From: Ignavibacteria bacterium
GTDB lineage: Bacteria; Bacteroidota; Ignavibacteria; Ignavibacteriales; Ignavibacteriaceae
Assembly: GCA_030693705.1 (NCBI GenBank)
Contig: JAUYAB010000004.1
Coordinates: 12,010-76,009 of the forward strand
Length of the DNA stretch: 64,000 bases
Direction: 5' to 3'
Positions 46,846 through 56,961 of the stretch are shown here, one piece after another (position 1 is the stretch's first letter; each line of letters begins with the position of its first letter). The notes beneath the pieces were generated by a model, which worked only from the letters and a program-made list of their open reading frames with translations, searched no databases and had not been told where the DNA came from. Made by a program: the position numbers and the translations under genes.

Positions 46846-48339
46846 TTATTTAGGAATTTTTAATCCGACAAATCTCGAATTACCTTTTTCATCGCTCACG
46901 ACGAGAAAAACGGCTGAACCCTTTTTACTTTCAATGATTTTTTTGAGCTCAGAAACTGATTTGATTTCCTTCTTATCCGCTTTGGTAATTACTAAATCTT
47001 TTCCTAAACCTTGATTAAAAGCTGAGCTATAATCTTTAACGTTACTTATTATAACACCGCTTGAAACTTTATAAGCCTCTTTCTCACGTGAGGTCATATT
47101 TTTTACACTCAAACCGATATTATCAAAACTTTCTTCGCTTGAGACGGTTTTTTCCGGTTCATTTTCTTTATTAGAAGAATTATCTGCGACTTCCGTTTTA
47201 TCTTCATCCTTTGGTTTAAGAGTAACTTCACGTTCAATGTTTTTACCGTCTCTAAAAATGAGCAATTTAATTTTTGTCCCTGCTGATTTGCCGGCAACAT
47301 AACTTTGCAACTGGTTTGGCTGATCGACTGAAAGATTGTCTATTTTCAAAATGACATCACCGGTTTTAACATCTTCTTTTGAAGCTGCTCCGCCTTCGAC
47401 AATTTTTTCAACGATAACGCCGGTCGGTTTCTCCATTCCAAGAGATAGAGCGAGTGATTCATCAACTTCTCTAATTTGTACGCCGATATATCCGCGGCTA
47501 ATTTTTCCGTGCGCAATTAAATCTAACGCAACACTTTTTGCCATGTTGATTGGAATTGCAAAACCATAACCAATATATGTCCCGGTTTTTGTTGCAATAG
47601 CAGAATTAACACCGATTACAGCGCCGGAAAGATCAACTAAAGCGCCGCCGGAATTACCGGGATTAATTGCGGCGTCAGTTTGAATGAAATTTTCAACACC
47701 ATACTGTTGATCCTTCAATAATCCAAGCCTTCCTCTGTTTAAAGCGCTAACAATTCCCGCAGTTACCGTTGAGGAAAGTGCAAGAGGATTTCCGATAGCC
47801 ATTACCCACTGTCCAACTTTTAAATTGTCTGAATTTCCAAGATACGCTACATTTAAATTATCAGCGTTTATTTTGATTACTGCCAGATCAGTTAAAGGAT
47901 CTGTTCCAATTACTTTTGCTTCGATTGATCTTTTATCGTGTAAGCCGACAGTTACTTTTGTTGCGTTTTCAACCACGTGATTATTGGTTAAAATGTAGCC
48001 GTCTTCGCTAATTATAATTCCGCTTCCGGAACCTTCTTGTTCATCCGGTATATTAAAATCATGGAAGGGGAACATAAAATTTTGCTGTTGCTCGGCTTTA
48101 TCAACTTTGGCAACAACAGTGATTTGTACGATCGATGGAGTAACTTTTTCAGCTACTTCTACAAAAGCTTGATTAAACGCGCTCGCATCTGCGTTTAAAT
48201 TTACCGGCGGTTTTGAGGCGCCTAATTTAATATCTGATAAGCCGGGATATGCCCAGCCAAATCCGGAAACCATAACTGCACTTAACAATATTCCTACAGT
48301 TAAGAGTGCAAAAACACCAAATAATTTTTTCGTTTTCAT
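46846..48339 (-). CDS. htrA: Do/DegP/HtrA-family periplasmic serine protease with two PDZ domains
   Basis: Catalytic triad context (TNNHVV, DLAVIK, GNSGGAL). The start is set at MKTKKLFGVF (signal peptide) because the longer ORF overlaps recO. Confidence 0.9.
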   Translation of the reverse strand: MKTKKLFGVFALLTVGILLSAVMVSGFGWAYPGLSDIKLGASKPPVNLNADASAFNQAFVEVAEKVTPSIVQITVVAKVDKAEQQQNFMFPFHDFNIPDEQEGSGSGIIISEDGYILTNNHVVENATKVTVGLHDKRSIEAKVIGTDPLTDLAVIKINADNLNVAYLGNSDNLKVGQWVMAIGNPLALSSTVTAGIVSALNRGRLGLLKDQQYGVENFIQTDAAINPGNSGGALVDLSGAVIGVNSAIATKTGTYIGYGFAIPINMAKSVALDLIAHGKISRGYIGVQIREVDESLALSLGMEKPTGVIVEKIVEGGAASKEDVKTGDVILKIDNLSVDQPNQLQSYVAGKSAGTKIKLLIFRDGKNIEREVTLKPKDEDKTEVADNSSNKENEPEKTVSSEESFDNIGLSVKNMTSREKEAYKVSSGVIISNVKDYSSAFNQGLGKDLVITKADKKEIKSVSELKKIIESKKGSAVFLVVSDEKGNSRFVGLKIPK

Positions 48340-48358
48340 ATTTCTTTCTTGTTTTGTT

Positions 48359-49093
48359 TTACATTTGCAACGATTTAATACCACTAAAACCTTGAACATG
48401 AAACTTGAGGAATTTTTCAAGAGCGATAATTAATTTTTTCATCGCCGGAAGATTATAATTTTTTAACCTCTTTCCTACTTTTAGACTATAAATTTGTTCA
48501 AAAAGTTCCATTGGGATCTCTAAAAATGTGTGATAGAGATTTTTACAGGCACTACACAACATTCCATGTTCATAATTAAATCCGTTTATCTTTTCTTTTT
48601 GAATCTCTTTATGGCAAATGGAACATGTGTCCATCTGGATTTCAAATCCGGTTTCCTGCAAAATAAAGAGGAAATATTTTAAGAAAATAATTTCGGACGG
48701 TTCTTGTTTTGCATCCATCAATTGAAGAATTTTTCTTGAGCCTCTGTACAAACGTTGATTCGCTTCATTTTCAACGGTAAGATATTTTAGAAGTTCAAGT
48801 ACAGCGTAAGCATATTTCATGCTATCAAAATCGTCGTGAAGATGCACGGGATAGAAAACCATTTCCGCTCCGCTGATTAACTGCACTTCCCTTTGCTCTT
48901 TATTGTAAAGAACAAAATTTACAATGTTCAACGGATCAACTACTAAACCTACTTTTGAATTTTTCCCTCTTCCTCCTTTTACGATCGCAGAGATTTTTCC
49001 AAATTCCTCTGTGTAAAGCGAAACAATTTTACTCGAATCGCTGTAGTCAAGTTTCGATAAAACAATTCCTTCGGTTTTTTCAATCTGGCTCAT
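48359..49093 (-). CDS. recO: DNA repair protein RecO
   Basis: N-terminal OB-fold-like region (GIVLSKLDYSDSSKIVSLYT) and a C-terminal zinc-binding CxxC...CxxC. 244 aa. Confidence 0.85.
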   Translation of the reverse strand: MSQIEKTEGIVLSKLDYSDSSKIVSLYTEEFGKISAIVKGGRGKNSKVGLVVDPLNIVNFVLYNKEQREVQLISGAEMVFYPVHLHDDFDSMKYAYAVLELLKYLTVENEANQRLYRGSRKILQLMDAKQEPSEIIFLKYFLFILQETGFEIQMDTCSICHKEIQKEKINGFNYEHGMLCSACKNLYHTFLEIPMELFEQIYSLKVGKRLKNYNLPAMKKLIIALEKFLKFHVQGFSGIKSLQM

Positions 49094-50091
49094 TTAAATT
49101 GATACGGAAAAGTGAAAAGACCTTTCTCTGTGATGATTCCCGAAATAAATTCCGATGGAGTAACATCAAACGATGGGTTATAACATGGATAACTCTCAAG
49201 TGTAATTTGTTTTCCGTTTAGCGATGTAATTTCTTTTGAAGAACGCAACTCGATCGGGATTTCCGAATAGTGTGAAATTGAAATATCAATTGTGGAAGAA
49301 GGAGCGGCAATGTAAAACGGCACTCCGTGGTATTTACAAAGCACCGCAAGATTGTACGTTCCAATTTTATTTGCAACATCTCCATTTGCGGTAATTCTAT
49401 CTGCACCGGTAATTACCAGATCAATTTTCTTTTTTAAGAAAAGAGATGCCGCGGTTGAATCGGTAATTATTTCAAACGGAATTTCATTTTTCGAAAGTTC
49501 GTACGCAGTTAAACGGGAACCCTGCAAAAGTGGACGTGTTTCATCTGCAAAAACAGAAGAGACCAATCCATTTTCAAATCCCTTTTTAATAACACTGAAA
49601 GCTGTTCCACCTTCAGCGGCAAGAGCGCCTGTATTACAATGGGTTAGCACAACTGATCTTTTCTTGAAAATGTTTAATCCGTGTTCCCCCATCTTTTCGC
49701 ACATCTTTGCATCTTCATCTTGAATCTCTTTTGCTTTTAGCAGAAGTGCTGCATAAACATTTTCTTTATCGCTGGAATCTTTAAAAACTTTTTTCATCTG
49801 ATTTAAAGCCCAAAAAAGATTTACAGCAGTAGGACGTGTAACGGATAATCGATTGTAAGCTCTTGTAAAATTTTCTGAAGAAGAATTTTTTTTCATTGCA
49901 AGAGTGACTGCAAACGCGGCAGCGATACCAATCACAGGTGCGCCTCTAATTTCCAAACGTTCAATCGCTTCGGCAATGCGCTCGTAATTATCGGTGGTTA
50001 TGTATTCTTCAACAAAAGGAAGTTTTGTTTGATCTAAAAATGTAAGCGAATCATCCTCAAAAGCTAAAGCAAAATAATTACGCTTCTTCAT
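49090..50091 (-). CDS. mtnA: S-methyl-5-thioribose-1-phosphate isomerase (eIF-2B alpha/beta/delta-like family)
   Basis: MtnA-type N-terminus (LTFLDQTKLPFVEEY), IRGAPVIGIAAA and the C-terminal GADRI...NKIGTY region. Confidence 0.85.
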   Translation of the reverse strand: MKKRNYFALAFEDDSLTFLDQTKLPFVEEYITTDNYERIAEAIERLEIRGAPVIGIAAAFAVTLAMKKNSSSENFTRAYNRLSVTRPTAVNLFWALNQMKKVFKDSSDKENVYAALLLKAKEIQDEDAKMCEKMGEHGLNIFKKRSVVLTHCNTGALAAEGGTAFSVIKKGFENGLVSSVFADETRPLLQGSRLTAYELSKNEIPFEIITDSTAASLFLKKKIDLVITGADRITANGDVANKIGTYNLAVLCKYHGVPFYIAAPSSTIDISISHYSEIPIELRSSKEITSLNGKQITLESYPCYNPSFDVTPSEFISGIITEKGLFTFPYQFK

Positions 50092-50995
50092 TAAACCTTG
50101 AAATAGTTAAAAATTCTCTAAACCGGTCCTGGATGCGCAAGTTCGATAATCCTTCCAAACCTTTTGTGCTGAATTGTTCAACGCAGAAAGATGCCATTGT
50201 ACTTCCGTAGACAACTGCGCGTTTCAAACATTCGGAACTTGTATCTTGACACTTATGTAAGTAACCAACAAAACCGCCGGCAAAAGAATCACCTGCACCG
50301 GTTGGGTCGTGGATCATTTCTAATGGATAAGCCGGAGCTGAAAAAACTGTGTCCTCAGTGAATAACAGCGCACCATGTTCCCCTTTTTTTATAATAAGTG
50401 AAGGAACACCCATCTCTCTAATCGCTTTTGCAGCTTTAATTAAATTCGGTTCATGCGCTAAGAGTCGGGCTTCGGAATCATTAATGATCAATACATCAAT
50501 TTTCGGGAAAACTTTTACAAGCTCATCTTTTTTCCCTTCGATCCAGTAATTCATTGTATCGCAAACTACAAAATGCGGTTTTTCAATTTGATCTAAGACT
50601 TTAAGCTGCAAAGTCGGATCAATATTTCCGAGGCAGAGATATTTAGATTTTTTTAATGTATCGGGAATGATCGGATCGAAAGTTTCAAACACGTTCAGTT
50701 CTGTTAAAAGCGTGTCGCGTGTATTTAAATCATAATGATATTTGCCTGCCCAGCGAAATGTTTTACCGCCGGGAACGATCTGCAAACCATCACAAATTAC
50801 ATCGTGACTTTCGAGCATCGAGATGTATTCTTTTGGGAAATCATCTCCCACAACTCCAACGATGTGAACCGGTCCGCTGAAATAGCTCGCCGAAAGTGAA
50901 ATATAAACCGCCGAACCGCCTAAAGCATTATCAACTTTATCGAACGGGGTGGCGACATTATCCAACGCAACAGAACCAACAATTAATAAGCTCAA
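50078..50995 (-). CDS. PfkB/ribokinase-family sugar kinase, substrate unknown
   Basis: PfkB signatures (GGSAVY..., DPTGAGDSFAGGF). It overlaps the mtnA start by 14 nt. Confidence 0.8.
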   Translation of the reverse strand: MSLLIVGSVALDNVATPFDKVDNALGGSAVYISLSASYFSGPVHIVGVVGDDFPKEYISMLESHDVICDGLQIVPGGKTFRWAGKYHYDLNTRDTLLTELNVFETFDPIIPDTLKKSKYLCLGNIDPTLQLKVLDQIEKPHFVVCDTMNYWIEGKKDELVKVFPKIDVLIINDSEARLLAHEPNLIKAAKAIREMGVPSLIIKKGEHGALLFTEDTVFSAPAYPLEMIHDPTGAGDSFAGGFVGYLHKCQDTSSECLKRAVVYGSTMASFCVEQFSTKGLEGLSNLRIQDRFREFLTISRFNEEA

Positions 50996-51074
50996 AGTTT
51001 TCTCCTCTTGTTAAAAATGGTAAACAAAAATACGGGATAGTTAGCTGAAAAGCACCTGCTAAATTAAAAGAATC

Positions 51075-51533
51075 TTACTTTATTTCCACAAACCGTATCT
51101 CTTTTTCTTTCTTTGTAAGAAAAGAATAAATGATGTCCAACGATTTTTGCTGCCCCGTCCATGCAACCATTTTTCTTGCTTTCTCTTTACTTACCCAGCG
51201 AAATTTGCAATGCTCTTTGGAGATTTTTACTTCGTCGTCTTCATTCACTAAACACAAAAAGACGGGGACAAAATGTACGGTATCATCTAACTTTGAATAA
51301 AAGGGATTTACATTAGGCACTACGAATAGTTTCTCAATAGACAAATCCGTTTCCTCTTTTACTTCACGGATAACAGTCTCGTAGGCTTTTTCATCTTTTT
51401 TAATTTTTCCGGTAACCATTTGCCAGAGTCCTGGATAATGCGCCACTTCCCCTCTCTTCAACATAAGAAATTCATATTTCCCTTTTTTCTTCCGGTAAAT
51501 GTGCGCTTCGATCATTGATGCGTTTAATTCCAT
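51075..51533 (-). CDS. NUDIX hydrolase
   Basis: Nudix box GKIKKDEKAYETVIREVKEETDL. Confidence 0.85.
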   Translation of the reverse strand: MELNASMIEAHIYRKKKGKYEFLMLKRGEVAHYPGLWQMVTGKIKKDEKAYETVIREVKEETDLSIEKLFVVPNVNPFYSKLDDTVHFVPVFLCLVNEDDEVKISKEHCKFRWVSKEKARKMVAWTGQQKSLDIIYSFLTKKEKEIRFVEIK

Positions 51534-51589
51534 TTCATCACCTTATTTTTTATTTATATTCCACGAAACAGTAACAGTGCTTGGACATT

Positions 51590-51659
51590 CTTCGTGTCTC
51601 TGTGTCTTGGTGGCAATCGATCTAAGATTTAATTGCCACAAAGACACCATGACACTAAG
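51590..51659. repeat. CTTNGTG/CACNAAG heptad inverted-repeat element (same family as 30575-30749)
   Basis: GTGTCTTGGTGGCAAT (51602-17) pairs with ATTGCCACAAAGACAC (51632-47) at 15 of 16 positions. It is flanked by CTTCGTG and CACTAAG words and lies just downstream of the 1159-aa gene stop. Confidence 0.8.
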
Positions 51660-51678
51660 AAAAATTGAAACTTCTGTA

Positions 51679-54600
51679 TTAAAAAAATGCCCTCACTTCC
51701 ACCTTAGCCGTATGCACAATCTTTCCGCCGCCCAATTTCCTACCATCGTAATTTGCGGTTGAGAGCAAGTTTGTCCCAAAGCGGTAATCAAAAAACAATC
51801 GCCAAAAGTAATTTTTCCCGACAACATTTCCCGCTGTTAATTCAAACGGAAGATAGTTTTCGATAGTATTTGTCGTTAATTCATTTCGTTCAACTTCAAA
51901 GCGCAATCTGCCGTAACCGGAAAATGAAATGTTAAGGCGGAGTGCTTGTCCGTTGGTATATATCTCCGTTGGTTTAACCGGGAAATAATCACTGCTCTTT
52001 GATGTTTTTAGTTTGAATCCGACTTCTATATTTCGTTCGGGGCGATAGGAAAAGTCTGTTGTAATTCCGTTGCTTTCAATCGAGCGGCTTCTGTTTGAAG
52101 AAACACCGGCTAAGAGATTATCGATTTTATTTTCCAGATCAGTTTGGTTCCCGATCTCTGCGAGCATTTTAAATTTAATGCGCAGACTTCTCTCTTTTGC
52201 AAATCCCTTTTCCGCTCCACCGCTAAATTGGTTCATACTTCTCCGCTGCGAATAGCGAAGTCTAAAAGAAAGTTCAGAACTATTTTCAAAGACGAAAAAG
52301 TCCTGTTGAAAATATTGCGACCCGCGAACCGTATTCTTTTCATTTAAGAAAGAAGAAAGTTTTAATAAATATATTTTCTTCAGATCAGTTTCCTGACTAT
52401 TCTCTTCAATTCTTCCATACGTCTCAGTTGAAAGAGTTTTTACCACCGATCCTACAAAATTATTTGCCGTGTAAATATTCTCATAGTTCAGTTTCAATCT
52501 TGCGGAAGATTTCAAATCAATAACCGGATAAAGTTGATCCGTTGGAATATTTACAATAATATATTCGCCGTCATAAACAACCGGTTGAAATTCGTTTTCT
52601 TCTGCTACGCCGTTGTTGTTTAAGTCGCCGAGATAAATATAATTCCCATTTCCCTTTTCAACTTTAACAAATACTTTTTGCAGTTTCGCAGTTTTTTGTG
52701 TTTGAACTTCATAATAGACATCTCCGTTAGCCGCATTCTCTGTGGTTGAAAACCTTGTTTGCGAGCGGACTAAAATTGTTTGATTATCGAGCTGTCCTTT
52801 CAACTTATAAGCGTCGGCATATTTTTTATTTTGAACGGTGATGCGAAGCTGCGAAGATATTTCTTTTCGACCTGAATAAGATAATTCATAAATCTCTCCG
52901 TATGAGTTCGATTCCTTCTGCAGCTTTCCCGCTAAAGGAAAGTAATCTGTGCGAAATAAATATTTTAGAGAAGCATCAATTCCGTAAAACTTCGCGATCT
53001 GTATTCCGGGATTTCCTTCAAAATATTGGAGACTTGAAGATAGAAGTGAATCTGATTGTGTTACTTTCTCAAGTTTCTTTTCAGCCATAAATTCAAACAC
53101 CGGTTGAACAACACCAAAAGAATAAAATGTATTTCCTTTTTGACGAAGCCAGGTACTTCCCAGCGATCCGTTTTTCGTATTTACATAATCAACTTGATAC
53201 TGAAGCTGGTATTCTTTTTCTTTAGCAAGATTCGTTTGGTTTGAAAATTTATCTGAAGAAAAAGACGATCCTTTTTTCATACTTCCATAAGAAAATGTTG
53301 ATTGCAGATTCTCAATCGGCTGTAACGTTATGTTGGCTTCGCGAAGTTTCTCATTCCCTTGCAAGGCGGTTGATGAATTATAATCTCTTGTAAACTCTAC
53401 TTTATCAAATCTTTCAAGAGAAGTAAACCGATCTTGAATAAATCTTTCGCGGAGTGAAAATCCGATTTTGCCGAAATTAATTCCACCAAGCTGAACTTTT
53501 AACGGATTCATTTTGAAGGAAAGATTTCTCGCCAATCCGAAATTATCTTTTTCATCTTGAGACGAGAACCGATTTTTATCCCACGAACTTCCGGCGAATT
53601 CTGCTTGAAAAAAAATATCTTTTGTCGGATTGTATTGAACAAAGAGATTTCCAAATTGTTTTAATTCGGGCAGCGGTAAAAAAATAACCGGCAAATACGC
53701 GCCGAGCTTTTTTCCAACGAAACGGTATTGCCCTAAACTTTCGCGCAGATAATCTCCTTGAAACTCCCCAATATAACTGAACGACACATTATACAACGCT
53801 GAATCGCTTCCGGGATTATATATATATATTGTGAATGCTTCACCATTTATTATGGAATCTTTTTTCTCGTACACACCCCGTAACTGTCCAACTGAATCCG
53901 GAGTTGCAAGACTTACACCGCTTTTCACCGCAAGGTCTTTTCTATCGCCGGCGCTTTCAAGTATCTTTTTATCCTCATCGCTAAACGAAATATCAATCGG
54001 CGAATTTTGGTCATCCCCTTCTCTTAAATATTGAAAAGCAATATTAACTTTATCATTGAATAGCACTGTGCTCATTCCGGCAGCAAAAAAGTTGCGAACA
54101 AATCGGCGGTCGGTATATTCAAAATCAATTGCAATTCTGCTTGCCGAGGTAATAAGCCTCTGCGGAGTAAAAATAATTTGTGAATTAGAATAATCGATCG
54201 TGTAATCATTCCGCTCTCCACGCTTCATTTCTTCTCCGTTCACAAAAACTTTTTCAGAACCGGCAATGATGATAATATCTCTTTCATTATTTTGTCCACT
54301 CAGCCGGTAGGGACCTTGCACTCCATCCTGCCCGTTAAAAGCATTTGAATTAAATTTTCCTTTGGCATTTGCCAGTGCAACGTATCCTTCCGTTTTTGCG
54401 AATTGAAATTCACCCAAAAGTCCTTGCAGTTTTCTATTTACAACACCAAACTCACCATATCTTTTTTGTACTTCATAATCTCCAAAAGTAGCAGCGGCAT
54501 TTTTGTGCTTCAGTTGAATAAAAACTTTGTCAAGTTCATCTATCCGCTCCGTATTTCCTTCGGGTTGAATGGGAGTGTTTTCATCGGTTAAAGCTGCAAC

Positions 54601-55158
54601 TACTTCGATATCATCCGAGAGTTTCCCTGCCAACTGCAAGCGAAGTCCGCTCTGCAAGGTTAAATCTTTATTTGTTCCAACAGTAAAACCACGAATAATT
54701 GAACCGCTTTTCTCGATCGTATTTCCGAATATCGATTCAGCGTCAATCGGTTTATTTAATCGAAGCACCCGCATGGTATCCTTTCCCATTTCATCGTAGC
54801 GCACAACAAGTTGTCTCCGTTGATATTCTTTTTGAAGAGATAGTTTAACTGAATGGTAAGTGACAACGATGGTGTCAAAGATCGAATAAGGTAAAGAATC
54901 CGATAGTGAGACCGTTCCTAAAGCATAATTTATTTTGTAATCTTGAGAAGAAAGTTTTTTCTCCTTGAGATATATTTTTTCGGTTCCTGGTAAAATGTTG
55001 GTTGATTTTATACGGTAAAGATTTTCAAAATCAATCTGAAATGAATCGGAAATGGAGATGGCTGAACCGTCTTCAAATGGTTGGCGAGTCGTTTGTCCTT
55101 GAAGCCAAATCGCCGAAAAGATAATGAGGTAAAGAGAAAATATTAATTCTTTTTTCAA
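51679..55158 (-). CDS. Very large hypothetical outer-membrane protein (1159 aa)
   Basis: Signal peptide, long beta-rich sequence and a C-terminal ...KVEVRAFF aromatic terminus typical of OM beta-barrels. Family not recognised. Confidence 0.55.
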   Translation of the reverse strand: MKKELIFSLYLIIFSAIWLQGQTTRQPFEDGSAISISDSFQIDFENLYRIKSTNILPGTEKIYLKEKKLSSQDYKINYALGTVSLSDSLPYSIFDTIVVTYHSVKLSLQKEYQRRQLVVRYDEMGKDTMRVLRLNKPIDAESIFGNTIEKSGSIIRGFTVGTNKDLTLQSGLRLQLAGKLSDDIEVVAALTDENTPIQPEGNTERIDELDKVFIQLKHKNAAATFGDYEVQKRYGEFGVVNRKLQGLLGEFQFAKTEGYVALANAKGKFNSNAFNGQDGVQGPYRLSGQNNERDIIIIAGSEKVFVNGEEMKRGERNDYTIDYSNSQIIFTPQRLITSASRIAIDFEYTDRRFVRNFFAAGMSTVLFNDKVNIAFQYLREGDDQNSPIDISFSDEDKKILESAGDRKDLAVKSGVSLATPDSVGQLRGVYEKKDSIINGEAFTIYIYNPGSDSALYNVSFSYIGEFQGDYLRESLGQYRFVGKKLGAYLPVIFLPLPELKQFGNLFVQYNPTKDIFFQAEFAGSSWDKNRFSSQDEKDNFGLARNLSFKMNPLKVQLGGINFGKIGFSLRERFIQDRFTSLERFDKVEFTRDYNSSTALQGNEKLREANITLQPIENLQSTFSYGSMKKGSSFSSDKFSNQTNLAKEKEYQLQYQVDYVNTKNGSLGSTWLRQKGNTFYSFGVVQPVFEFMAEKKLEKVTQSDSLLSSSLQYFEGNPGIQIAKFYGIDASLKYLFRTDYFPLAGKLQKESNSYGEIYELSYSGRKEISSQLRITVQNKKYADAYKLKGQLDNQTILVRSQTRFSTTENAANGDVYYEVQTQKTAKLQKVFVKVEKGNGNYIYLGDLNNNGVAEENEFQPVVYDGEYIIVNIPTDQLYPVIDLKSSARLKLNYENIYTANNFVGSVVKTLSTETYGRIEENSQETDLKKIYLLKLSSFLNEKNTVRGSQYFQQDFFVFENSSELSFRLRYSQRRSMNQFSGGAEKGFAKERSLRIKFKMLAEIGNQTDLENKIDNLLAGVSSNRSRSIESNGITTDFSYRPERNIEVGFKLKTSKSSDYFPVKPTEIYTNGQALRLNISFSGYGRLRFEVERNELTTNTIENYLPFELTAGNVVGKNYFWRLFFDYRFGTNLLSTANYDGRKLGGGKIVHTAKVEVRAFF

Positions 55159-55261
55159 GGATGCGTAGTTTTTTTTATTGTAAATCTAACTTTGCAGGTT
55201 AAGGATTGCAAGTGAAAAGGAATCCCTTTTAAAAAAACCCGGGACTCATCCAACAATTGAG

Positions 55262-56290
55262 CTACTTCTTTAACCGGAATGAAAATTCCGAACCAACATC
55301 AACTTTGCTCTTCACTTCAATCTTTGATTGATGCGCCTCAACAATATGTTTAACGATCGCAAGCCCAAGTCCGGTTCCGGCAACATCTTTCGAACGGGTT
55401 TTATCAACACGGTAAAATCTTTCAAATATTCTTTCAACATCTTTTTCGGGAATTCCCAAACCATAATCTTTTACAATTACTATTGCATGCGTTTTTTCTT
55501 CTTCAACTATTAACTCAATCTTTCCCGAATTGGAATATTTAATTGCATTTTGAATAAGATTAACAAGCACTTGCCGCAGTTTTGTTTTATCACCAAAAAC
55601 TTCCAATTTTTTGTTGAACTGATTTATTTCAATTTGAAGATTTTTTTCAAGAATCACCGGATCAAATTCTTTCGCAATTTCCATTAGGAAATCCAACAAA
55701 TTGAAATAACGAAAACTCAGCCGCATTTCTCCCGATTCGATCATAGAAATATCTATCAAATCATTTAGCAAGTGATTAAGATTTTCCGTATGCGCTGCGG
55801 CTTTTTCCAAAAACTTTCTATTCACTTTCGGGTCTTCCAAAGCGCCGTTTAATAACGTTTCCAAAAAACCTTGTATCGTAAAAATCGGTGTCCGCAGCTC
55901 ATGCGAAACATTACCAAGAAATTCAGTGCGGATTCGTTCAAGCCGCTTCATCTTTGCAATATCGTTTTTATAGTTCTCCGTCATCTGATTAAGCGCAGCT
56001 TCAATCTCATGAAACGAATATGAAAGTTTTAACGCTCCATCATCTAACGAATCTCCCGAACTAAATATATTTATTCTTTTCTCTATAACAGAAAATATTT
56101 TCTTTAGTCTTCGTCTTACAAAATATGAAATAATGATAAATCCTCCTGAAGACCAGAGTATAAAAAGTAACTTCCGTTCAGGATTAATTGGAGAAAAGAG
56201 AATGGGAAGAATAAATAAAACTATAAAAATTAGAATCTCTACTTTAAAGAGAAGAAGAAAAGAAAAGCGACGGGAAAGATTACGAAACAT
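55262..56290 (-). CDS. Sensor histidine kinase (PhoR/EnvZ-like)
   Basis: Two N-terminal TM segments, H-box FLGNVSHELRTP, N-box (LVNLIQNAIKYS), G-boxes (DYGLGIP, GTGLGLAIV). Confidence 0.9.
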   Translation of the reverse strand: MFRNLSRRFSFLLLFKVEILIFIVLFILPILFSPINPERKLLFILWSSGGFIIISYFVRRRLKKIFSVIEKRINIFSSGDSLDDGALKLSYSFHEIEAALNQMTENYKNDIAKMKRLERIRTEFLGNVSHELRTPIFTIQGFLETLLNGALEDPKVNRKFLEKAAAHTENLNHLLNDLIDISMIESGEMRLSFRYFNLLDFLMEIAKEFDPVILEKNLQIEINQFNKKLEVFGDKTKLRQVLVNLIQNAIKYSNSGKIELIVEEEKTHAIVIVKDYGLGIPEKDVERIFERFYRVDKTRSKDVAGTGLGLAIVKHIVEAHQSKIEVKSKVDVGSEFSFRLKK

Positions 56291-56960
56291 TTTTCATTCT
56301 ATACCCAACCCCTTTGATCGTTTCGATCATTTCAGATTGAGCGCCGAGTTTCTCTCTAATTTTGCGAATGTGCACATCAATAGTTCGGTCAACCACATAA
56401 ATATCGCTCCCCCAAACATTCTGTAAGATAGATGCACGCGTTAGAATTTTCCCGGGATGTTCACAAAGATAACTTAGCAGTTCAAATTCCTTTCTCGGGA
56501 AAAAGGTTTCTTCGTCATTAAGGAATATTTTATACGTGCTTCGGTCAATAACAATTGAACCAATCGTAAGTGCATTGCTTTTATCCGCATCCGGAGCCGC
56601 TTTGCGCAAATTTGATTTTACTCTTGCAATTAATTTTAAAGGTGAAATTGGTTTTTTGATAAAGTCATTTGCACCGAGTTCTAAGCCTTTGATCTCATCT
56701 TGCTCAGAAGATTTAGCGGTAAGAAAAATCACCGGAAGAAGCGCCGTTTTTTTATTTTTGCGAATCATCTCACAAACTTCAAACCCATTTAATTTCGGCA
56801 TCATAATATCAAGGATAGCCAAATCGGGATTTTCATCTAAAAGAGAAATTGCTTCTTCACCATCACATGCAGTTATGACGGCAAATCCTTCTTTCTCTAA
56901 ATTATATTTGAGAAATTCAAGGATATCTTTTTCGTCATCAGCTAATAAAATCTTTTTCAT
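56280..56960 (-). CDS. OmpR/PhoB-family response regulator
   Basis: Receiver domain (KILLADDEKD...DLAILDIMMP...K) plus a winged-helix C-terminus (VDRTIDVHIRKIREKL, IETIKGVGYR). The start is set at MKKILLADD. Confidence 0.9.
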   Translation of the reverse strand: MKKILLADDEKDILEFLKYNLEKEGFAVITACDGEEAISLLDENPDLAILDIMMPKLNGFEVCEMIRKNKKTALLPVIFLTAKSSEQDEIKGLELGANDFIKKPISPLKLIARVKSNLRKAAPDADKSNALTIGSIVIDRSTYKIFLNDEETFFPRKEFELLSYLCEHPGKILTRASILQNVWGSDIYVVDRTIDVHIRKIREKLGAQSEMIETIKGVGYRMKNVS

Positions 56961-56961
56961 T

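Noticed and set aside
46846-48420. N-terminal extensions in the ORF track for htrA (48420), the response regulator (57014), the M64 peptidase (17370) and the MFS transporter (26302)
   Set aside because: The extensions overlap upstream genes or add non-hydrophobic residues ahead of an obvious signal peptide or receiver-domain start. Internal Met starts fit better, though none can be proven from sequence alone.
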